NCBI GenBank assembly: GCA_021161905.1
Contig: JAGGZT010000009.1
Span: 11,092 to 75,091, forward strand
Reading direction: 5' to 3'
Length of the DNA stretch: 64,000 nt
Origin: Acidobacteriota bacterium
GTDB taxonomy: Bacteria > Acidobacteriota > B3-B38 > Guanabaribacteriales > JAGGZT01
Both the position numbers and the translations under genes were made by a program. The notes below the pieces were generated by a model, which ran no database searches, was not told the DNA's origin, and saw only the letters and a program-made list of their open reading frames with translations. This document shows positions 39,908-46,918 of the stretch, piece after piece (within the stretch, counting starts at the first letter, position 1; every line of letters starts with the position of its first letter).

Positions 39908-41329
39908 TTAGATTTTCTTTTCCAGATGATCCCCAAGTAGCTTTCTCACATATTCGATCGCCTCCCCTTTATTCCTCACCATCTTTAAAACCTGCGCCTC
40001 TCTTACCGCCTCAAGAAGTTTACCTATCACTCTCCCTTGCGGAAGGTGAAACCACTTAATAAGCTCGTCCCCATTCACTAAAAGCTGACTTTCAATCGCT
40101 GGAAGGTAGAAAGCGTAATATCCCAGGAGAAGTCTTTCGACCAAGGTGAAAACTGGTTCACCCTTCAACGCCACAAAAAGAAGAAGGGCAGAAGGAAATT
40201 CACTTCCCACCCTCCTTAAAAGATGGAACAGCTCCCTTTTCGATCCTGAAAATTTAGGAGATAGAAAGAGAAGAGAACGATAACCGCGTAAAACATCAAG
40301 CAGAAACCTCCTCTCTTCCCGACTAAGCCGAAAGCCTTCTCCCAATCGTTTAATCCTCTCCTCGGTGGGAGGAAGAAGTTCCCCTTGGTGGGAGGTAAAT
40401 AATAGAGAAAAAAACTTTAGAAGTAAAAGCTTAGGACGGGCGTAGACAAGCTCCTGGGACAGTTCCTCCCTCAACCTTTGGAAAAACCGGGGGAAAACCT
40501 CAGCGAGGCTGGAGATAACCTCTTCCAGCCTTCCCAGTGGTGAAAGTTCCACCCTCATCGCCTCAGCAGAGAGGAAAGGGGAGAGAATCTGGAAAAGAAG
40601 CCCCTTTGCCTCGGTCATCCCTAATATAGAACAAGCCCTTTCCCCTTTAAGGATGGTCATAAGTTCAAAGGATACCCTCTCTGGAGAGGCTTCTTTGATG
40701 TTTTCCTTATCCCTGGATATCAGAAATAGAGTAGTGTTCTCTATCTTGAACTGAAGTTCTTCCGCCAGACGAAAGGCGCGAAGGAGCCTTACTGGATCAT
40801 TCACAAAAATATCCTCCCCAACCGCCCGAATGAGCTTCCTTTTAAGGTCAAAACAGCCTCCTTGCGGATCAATTAGATCCACTTCAACACTTCCTCTTAG
40901 GGCAGATAGAGGAACCGCCATTGCATTTATAGTGAAATCTCGAGCGAGAAGATCAAGTTCTATTCCTCCTTCCGATAATCGGGAAATATCGATGCTGAGA
41001 CGCCTTCCTTCTTTCACTACCACTCGAATCACCTCTTTCTCTTTCCCCAGCTTGAAGAAAGAAGCCTTAGAGAAAAGGCGGCCTATTCTCGATCCCAACT
41101 CCATCGGTTCCACATCCACCGCCAGATCAAAATCAGCTACCTCTCTTTTTAAGAGGATGTCTCGCACCGCTCCCCCAACAAGATATATCTTTCCTCCCTT
41201 AGCAATTTCTGCCACCTTCCTGAGGATATCCCTTAATTCTCCCGGTACCCCGACGAGGCTCACCCTCATAACAAACGGTATCTTACCACCAAGATGAGCA
41301 AGGGACAAACTTGACCCAATCTCCTCCAA
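39908..41329 (-). CDS. cca: CCA-adding tRNA nucleotidyltransferase / poly(A) polymerase-family protein
   Basis: IYLVGGAVRDILLKREVADFDLAV head domain plus RDFTINAM. The start is uncertain: ATG 41329 or the internal Met at 41266. Confidence 0.85.
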   Translation of the reverse strand: MEEIGSSLSLAHLGGKIPFVMRVSLVGVPGELRDILRKVAEIAKGGKIYLVGGAVRDILLKREVADFDLAVDVEPMELGSRIGRLFSKASFFKLGKEKEVIRVVVKEGRRLSIDISRLSEGGIELDLLARDFTINAMAVPLSALRGSVEVDLIDPQGGCFDLKRKLIRAVGEDIFVNDPVRLLRAFRLAEELQFKIENTTLFLISRDKENIKEASPERVSFELMTILKGERACSILGMTEAKGLLFQILSPFLSAEAMRVELSPLGRLEEVISSLAEVFPRFFQRLREELSQELVYARPKLLLLKFFSLLFTSHQGELLPPTEERIKRLGEGFRLSREERRFLLDVLRGYRSLLFLSPKFSGSKRELFHLLRRVGSEFPSALLLFVALKGEPVFTLVERLLLGYYAFYLPAIESQLLVNGDELIKWFHLPQGRVIGKLLEAVREAQVLKMVRNKGEAIEYVRKLLGDHLEKKI

Positions 41330-41357
41330 TATGCTATCTTTCCTGCGGTGAAAAATT

Positions 41358-42560
41358 ATGACCGTGAGGCTTTATCTGGATAATTCCTATTGCAAAAAGT
41401 TCACTGCCACCGTCAAGAAGGTAAAACGGGAGAATGATCTTTGGGCAGTTATTTTGGATAAAACCGCCTTCTTCCCCACCTCTGGTGGGCAACCTCATGA
41501 TACCGGATGGCTTGATGGAAAGGAGGTAATCGATGTATTTGAAGATGGAGAGGAGGTTGTTCATTTGATCAAGGAGGAGATAAAGGAGAAAACGGAGGTA
41601 GAGGGAGAAATAAACTGGAAACGTCGCTTCGATCATATGCAACAACATACTGCTCAACATCTTCTCTCCGCTGTCCTTCTCGAGCTCTATCGCCTCCAGA
41701 CGGTAGGTTTCCACCTCGGCTCCGAGGTTACCACTATCGATCTTCCTTTACCCAACCTCGAGGAGAGAGCACTTATTAAAGCAGAGGAGATGACAAATGA
41801 ATTGATTACGCGTAACCTCGGAATAAGGGCTTATTTTATGCCCCGGGAGAAAATATCGGAGCTGAATTTGAGAAAAAAAGAGGAGATCCCTAAGGGTACC
41901 TTCCTCCGGGTAGTGGAGATAGAAGGGGTCGATCGCTCCCTCTGCTGTGGCACTCACCTCGCTCACACTGGGGAAATCGGGATGATAAAGATAATCCAAA
42001 AAGAGAAGGTGAAGGGGAACACTCGGATAGGCTTCCTCGCTGGTTTCCGCGCCTTAAGGGAATATCAACGGGAACATCAACTATTAAAAGAGCTTTCCTC
42101 AGAACTTAACTTTAGCTTTGATGAACTGAAAAAGGCGATAGAGAACCTCAAACTCAAAGGAAAAAGACTAAAGAGAGAGAATAAGGAATTAAGGAATAAG
42201 TTAGCGGACCTTCTGGCGGAGAGGATGATCAGCGAGGGGGAAGAAGAAGGAGATATTTTGGTATATTCTGGGATCTTAAAAGGTATAGATAGGGAAACCC
42301 TTAGGCTTTCGGTAATAAAAGGGGCGAACAAGAGAAAAGCGGTTCTTCTCGTCGGAGGGATAACGGGGGAAGAAGTTCATCTGATCTTCGCCTCCTCCAA
42401 AGGATTAGGTCTCCCAATGCACGAAGCTATGGAAAAGGTGGTGCCTCTAATAAAAGGAAAAGGCGGCGGTAGTAAGGAATTTGCCTCAGGTGAAGGAAAC
42501 GATCCATCCCGGCTTGAAGAGGCGCTCCTATTAGCGAGAAAAACCTTAAGAATCGGTTAG
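41358..42560 (+). CDS. alaX: AlaX-L type alanyl-tRNA editing protein
   Basis: N-terminal LYLDNSYCKKFTATV. Zinc/editing motifs HTAQHLLSAV and CCGTH (tRNA_SAD). C-terminal DHHA1-like KGKGGGSKEFASG. Confidence 0.88.
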   Translation: MTVRLYLDNSYCKKFTATVKKVKRENDLWAVILDKTAFFPTSGGQPHDTGWLDGKEVIDVFEDGEEVVHLIKEEIKEKTEVEGEINWKRRFDHMQQHTAQHLLSAVLLELYRLQTVGFHLGSEVTTIDLPLPNLEERALIKAEEMTNELITRNLGIRAYFMPREKISELNLRKKEEIPKGTFLRVVEIEGVDRSLCCGTHLAHTGEIGMIKIIQKEKVKGNTRIGFLAGFRALREYQREHQLLKELSSELNFSFDELKKAIENLKLKGKRLKRENKELRNKLADLLAERMISEGEEEGDILVYSGILKGIDRETLRLSVIKGANKRKAVLLVGGITGEEVHLIFASSKGLGLPMHEAMEKVVPLIKGKGGGSKEFASGEGNDPSRLEEALLLARKTLRIG

Positions 42561-43111
42561 TTTCTCCTCTCAAAAAAGGATAGGAGTCGGAGTGGTAAGC
42601 GATAGATCCTTTCCGAGAAACGGAGGAACCCTCTCTTCCATCCGGAAGAAGGGGGGTTATCCCAGAAGGTGCGATAGAAATTGGATCTTCCTAAAGTTCG
42701 GTATAGGATATGGGAGTAAAAAGCGATAAGGAGGGGAAGGTATCTATTTTTCTTCCTAAGGGTTATCTTTCTTCCCTCCCTTATCACCCCTTCAACCCTC
42801 CCTATGATAGCAGAAGAAGGGATATAGCCATCTATATCGAGAAGGACATCCCCTTTAATGACGAATTTCAGCTCACCATCCCCTTCTATTACCCTTATCA
42901 CCCGATGAGAGAAGAGCTTTCCCTCCTTCATAAAAAGGACGATGTCCCCACGACTTATCTCTTTTGGGGGTATATAACGCACCTCCATCAGTTCGCCATC
43001 ACGGATGGAATAACCCATACTCCTCCCCCGACATCTGAGGAAGAGGGGCTTCTTTCTCATTATCTCCCTTAGAAGCTCGGTTTCTACCTCTATGGGGATA
43101 TCCCTTTTCAT
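42557..43111 (-). CDS. S26B (SipW/archaeal-type) signal-peptidase-like serine peptidase; candidate leader peptidase
   Basis: CRGRSMGYSIRDGEL...GDIVLF...SHRVIRV...FVIKGDVLLDID matches the G-SM, HRV and KGD-x-D blocks of SipW-type peptidases. There is no N-terminal TM anchor. A hydrophobic segment lies near the C-terminus. Confidence 0.6.
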   Translation of the reverse strand: MKRDIPIEVETELLREIMRKKPLFLRCRGRSMGYSIRDGELMEVRYIPPKEISRGDIVLFMKEGKLFSHRVIRVIEGDGELKFVIKGDVLLDIDGYIPSSAIIGRVEGVIREGRKITLRKKNRYLPLLIAFYSHILYRTLGRSNFYRTFWDNPPSSGWKRGFLRFSERIYRLPLRLLSFFERRN

Positions 43112-44526
43112 TCTGGCGATTTTTTCTTAATAAGCTGGGAATAAAGGAGGGAAAGGGTGGTATGATAATTTGTATATCGTTCCATTAGGATCCGATCGAT
43201 CTCCCGCTCCAGTTTCCTTCGGAGCTCAATAAGTTTCTCCATAGGTAACGAGGTGAGATTGACCACCGGTCTATTGGTAAAATCTGGCCTTAAGCTGAGG
43301 AATTCCTTCACCCCTTTTATCTTCCCCCGTTTCACCGCCTCCATAAAAAGAGGAGTGCCCGGTATGGGAGTGAGATAGAAAAAATGGACCTGAGGAAAAA
43401 CACTCCAGTAGGAAAGAGGGCGAAAGGCTTCATCGACAAACCTTATTGTATCCTCTACTGTCTCTTCATTCTCCTCAAACATCCCGATCATAAAGTACAT
43501 TACTGGGGTAAGTCCGGCGTCAACCGTAGCTCTTATCGCCTCGATAGCTCGCTCTACCTTTACTCCTTTCTTAAAGGCATCGAGTATCCGCTGGCTACCA
43601 CTTTCGATCCCATACCTTATTGAATAACAGCCAGCCTCTTTCATTTTACGGTACATCTCGAGGTCAGCGGTATTGACATGACCATTACAGGTCCAAAATA
43701 TCTTCAAGCCCTCGCTAAGAACCCTCTCACAGAACTCCATCACTCGATCCTTATTGAAAGTGAAGATGTCATCCCAGAAGTAGAAATTGTTCAGCTTATA
43801 TCTTTTATAAAGCTCCTTTATCTCCGCTATCAGGTTCTCTATTGAGCGAGCACGGATTTTGTTACCTTTAATATTATGGTCGCAATAGGTACATTGATAA
43901 GGACACCCTCTACTCCCTATAACCGCCATTTGCCCAGATACATAACGCTCCTTAGTGGAAAGATCAGGGTCGAAGAAAACATTCCTTCGATAAAACTCTA
44001 TCGGAAAGAGATCCCAAGAAGGAAAAGGGATAGAATCGAGGTCCTCGAGAAACCGACGGGGCGAGGTGAAAATCGCCTCCCCTTCTTTCCTATAGGCAAT
44101 CCCGGGAATGGAATCAAAGGTTCCCCCGGAAGCGATTGCTGAGAGAAGTTCCGGAGTAGTCTCTTCACCCTCCCCGATTACGATAAAATCAACCGGTAGT
44201 TGCTCCAACAGATAGCGCGGAATGGCGGTAGCTAAGCTTCCACCAAGAACTATCTTCGTCTCTGGATGATAATGCTCAAAGGCTCGGATAAGACCCTCAA
44301 TGTACCCATAGTTCTTGATCATCCCAGTAATACCAACCACATCATAGCCTTTGGCAGAACGAATCTGAGCAACCGCTTTATTAAGAGAAACCTGGGGAGC
44401 ATTAAGGTCCCATACCTCTACCTTTATCCGCCGGGAAAGAAGGGAAGAAGCAACATAAGCAAGGCCCAAGGGGAAACTGGGGACTATATCCTCTCCATAA
44501 GAGGGATTAATAAGAAGAACCTTCAT
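43108..44526 (-). CDS. class B (B12-binding domain) radical SAM enzyme
   Basis: N-terminal Rossmann-like B12-binding region (VVGITGM...VLGG). Radical SAM cluster motif GCPYQCTYC. Typical class B length (472 aa). Confidence 0.85.
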   Translation of the reverse strand: MKVLLINPSYGEDIVPSFPLGLAYVASSLLSRRIKVEVWDLNAPQVSLNKAVAQIRSAKGYDVVGITGMIKNYGYIEGLIRAFEHYHPETKIVLGGSLATAIPRYLLEQLPVDFIVIGEGEETTPELLSAIASGGTFDSIPGIAYRKEGEAIFTSPRRFLEDLDSIPFPSWDLFPIEFYRRNVFFDPDLSTKERYVSGQMAVIGSRGCPYQCTYCDHNIKGNKIRARSIENLIAEIKELYKRYKLNNFYFWDDIFTFNKDRVMEFCERVLSEGLKIFWTCNGHVNTADLEMYRKMKEAGCYSIRYGIESGSQRILDAFKKGVKVERAIEAIRATVDAGLTPVMYFMIGMFEENEETVEDTIRFVDEAFRPLSYWSVFPQVHFFYLTPIPGTPLFMEAVKRGKIKGVKEFLSLRPDFTNRPVVNLTSLPMEKLIELRRKLEREIDRILMERYTNYHTTLSLLYSQLIKKKSPE

Positions 44527-44532
44527 TTCGTC

Positions 44533-44688
44533 TTAACTTCTTATCACTGCGCTACCCGGTCCCTTCCTCGGACAACAGGTCATTTGCGGTGTCTGAGTGG
44601 GGGTGTAGTTAAAGGTACATTGAAGAGCCGCTTCCTCAAATACCTTTTCCGAGGTAATTTTAGGTTTTTGATAGGGTTTTTTCGCCAT
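44533..44688 (-). CDS. 51-aa candidate RiPP precursor peptide (not in ORF track)
   Basis: My translation gives MAKKPYQKPKITSEKVFEEAALQCTFNYTPTQTPQMTCCPRKGPGSAVIRS, then a stop. GAGGGAG lies 4 nt upstream of the ATG. The ORF fills the only non-coding gap in the operon; its start lies 29 nt inside the SPASM gene's 3' end and its stop 6 nt before the B12-rSAM ATG. Confidence 0.65.
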   Translation of the reverse strand: MAKKPYQKPKITSEKVFEEAALQCTFNYTPTQTPQMTCCPRKGPGSAVIRS

Positions 44689-45754
44689 TTTTCTCCCTCA
44701 CCTTGTTCTCATTTTCTAATTTATTGACTATTTTTGCAATACGGCAAGCCTCCCGATAGGGAGAGCGGACATCCCCCTCCTCAAGCTCTGCCAGAGCAGG
44801 ACAGCGGAGACATTTCAAAAAGAAGGGGCACTTTCTACATTCAGCGAGATCCGAAAGATGGATCTCCCGCAGTCTCAGAAAGATGGGGGATGAAGCCCAA
44901 ATCTTAGAAAAATGATCTATTTTAAGGTCACCAGCTGCTCTAAGAAATTGGGCACAAGGGAAGACAAGCCCATTAGGGGAAATCCTTGCCGAGTTCACTC
45001 CCGCCCCGCAAGGATGAGTGGTAGCAAGATACTCCTCATCCATTGAGGGTTGCTCTTTAGATTCACAAACAGGATCTTCCCTGGTGGGAGTAGTCGTTTT
45101 GAATAGAAAATAAAGCTCCTCATCGGTTAATCGGAGTGAGAGGGGTGATCTATCTCCGTTATTCCTTGGGGAAATAATAACCGAACCGCGGAAGCCCGCG
45201 CCGATCTTCTCAACCAGATCCAGTAGTTCCCTGGCTTCATTAATATTTTCCCTCATCCAAAGCGTTTTCAACACCACCCTGACCCCCATCTCCTTAAGGA
45301 GCTTAGCACTTTCTATCGTTTTCTCAAACGATCCAGCTACCCTCGTTATCCTCTCGTGAGTGCGTGCTTTTGCTCCGTAAATGCTTATCTCCACTGACCA
45401 AGGGGAAAAGGAGGCTATTCTCTTAGCAATATCTCTGGTTATAAGAGTGCCGTTGGTGAAAATGGTGATAGCAAACCGTTTTTTTCTAAGGTACTCTACT
45501 ATATCAAAGAAATCGCTTCTAAGAAGGGGCTCACCCCCAGTCAAGGTGAGAAAAAGGGTTCCTGCCTCAGCCAGATCGTTCGCTATCTCCTTTATCTTAG
45601 ACAGGGGAAGCTCCTCCTCTTTCTCTCCAAGAAGATAACAATGGCGACACTCGAGATTACAGCGATAGGTGAGCTCCCAAATAATGGAAAAGGGCAGAGC
45701 CTTCTCCCTCGTTTTTGCGATAAAGTGGGATAAAACGCCCTCCTCAACCTTCAT
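44660..45754 (-). CDS. radical SAM enzyme with C-terminal SPASM domain (peptide-modifying type)
   Basis: YRCNLECRHC (CxxxCxxC). FLTLTGGEPL. The C-terminal auxiliary-cluster cysteines are HPCGAG...FPC...CRKCPFFLKCLRC. Confidence 0.88.
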   Translation of the reverse strand: MKVEEGVLSHFIAKTREKALPFSIIWELTYRCNLECRHCYLLGEKEEELPLSKIKEIANDLAEAGTLFLTLTGGEPLLRSDFFDIVEYLRKKRFAITIFTNGTLITRDIAKRIASFSPWSVEISIYGAKARTHERITRVAGSFEKTIESAKLLKEMGVRVVLKTLWMRENINEARELLDLVEKIGAGFRGSVIISPRNNGDRSPLSLRLTDEELYFLFKTTTPTREDPVCESKEQPSMDEEYLATTHPCGAGVNSARISPNGLVFPCAQFLRAAGDLKIDHFSKIWASSPIFLRLREIHLSDLAECRKCPFFLKCLRCPALAELEEGDVRSPYREACRIAKIVNKLENENKVREKNGEKTLSKT

Positions 45755-46043
45755 CTCCTGCCCCTTGTATTACGATTATTCCCTTCTCCTTTAGTTCCCC
45801 GAGGAACTCAAGCACATCTCTTTCTGCCTGTCTTTCATCTACTTCGTACTCTTCGCATATCTTGGCGATCAAATCGCCAACCTTTATCCCCGTGTCTATA
45901 AGCTCCCAAATTCTCGTTCCTACTTCGTTTAGGGTATGGATCACTCGGTCTTTAGCGGTGAGGATTATCGCCTCTCCCTGGATTACCCGAAAGGCGAGAT
46001 CATCGCTCCGAGATACAAAGTCATCGGGCTTTATCATCGGCAA
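45744..46043 (-). CDS. PqqD-family peptide chaperone (RRE)
   Basis: 99 aa. FRVIQGEAIILTAKDRVIHTLNEVGTRIWELIDTGIKVGDLIAKICEEYEVDERQAERDVLEFLGELKEKGII is a typical PqqD winged-helix pattern. Confidence 0.85.
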   Translation of the reverse strand: MPMIKPDDFVSRSDDLAFRVIQGEAIILTAKDRVIHTLNEVGTRIWELIDTGIKVGDLIAKICEEYEVDERQAERDVLEFLGELKEKGIIVIQGAGDEG

Positions 46044-46908
46044 TCACCTTCCATAATTCCCTCGTGGGCTTAAAATGAAGCTTATAACAGGGAACGCTCA
46101 AGATCAACTCCTCAGCTGTCCCCATAAACTCCTCGATTCGGGTAGAATCGGTTTCAAAAAGGAGGGAATTACTCACCACTTCTTTAAGAGAGAAGGGAAG
46201 AGAGGCTGGTTCAAGGTAATTCAGTTCATCCTTCTGGTTGAGAAATAAGGCACCAAGGGGAACACCGAAGTTTGCTCGAAACCTCCGGCTAAAACCGGCA
46301 AAGGGGGTGCCGAAAACCCAGAAGTCTCCATTCTTCTTAACCACCAATGAAAGTTCATCGGTCAAAACAGTGTAAGATGGAGGAGTAAGTTTGGCTATGG
46401 TGGACTTGCCGCTTTCTGAGGGACCAATGAACAACGCCCCCCTTCCCCCCATCCTAACCCCCGCAGAATGGATAAGTAAGCCTTTATGTCTCAAGCTCAA
46501 TCGGGAAAAGAGGATCCTCATAAGGGAATCGAGAGCTGTTGGATTTATATCCTTAAACAAAGCGTACCCCACATCCCCATCCTCTCCAATAATGGCAAAA
46601 GCCCCTTGCAGATGGACGAGTGTCTCATTATCCCTTTTTAATAACTGTGGAGGCATATCCGGAGGCAGCTCCTCAAGACCAAGGTTTATAAGCTCCCTTT
46701 TGTACCTTTCTTTATCCACTTCTATTAAGATCGAATATTCCCCAACTCTATCATTTATAAATGGATGATAATAAGAACGCACACTCTTTAAGAAAGAAGG
46801 CGAGGAGAAGGATAAAGTAAGGCCTATCCCTCCAATATCTAAATTTAACCCCCTCTTTTTATTTTTTACAAATTGCCACATTTCCCTATCCAGTTTTAAT
46901 TTTATCAT
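46021..46908 (-). CDS. HPr-kinase-like (HprK-related) P-loop kinase
   Basis: LLIHSAGVRMGGRGALFIGPSESGKSTIAKL resembles the HPrK/P C-terminal catalytic domain, with the Walker A preceded by HxxxV..G.G.l..G. Confidence 0.7.
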   Translation of the reverse strand: MIKLKLDREMWQFVKNKKRGLNLDIGGIGLTLSFSSPSFLKSVRSYYHPFINDRVGEYSILIEVDKERYKRELINLGLEELPPDMPPQLLKRDNETLVHLQGAFAIIGEDGDVGYALFKDINPTALDSLMRILFSRLSLRHKGLLIHSAGVRMGGRGALFIGPSESGKSTIAKLTPPSYTVLTDELSLVVKKNGDFWVFGTPFAGFSRRFRANFGVPLGALFLNQKDELNYLEPASLPFSLKEVVSNSLLFETDSTRIEEFMGTAEELILSVPCYKLHFKPTRELWKVIADDKAR

Positions 46909-46918
46909 ACACCGTAGC

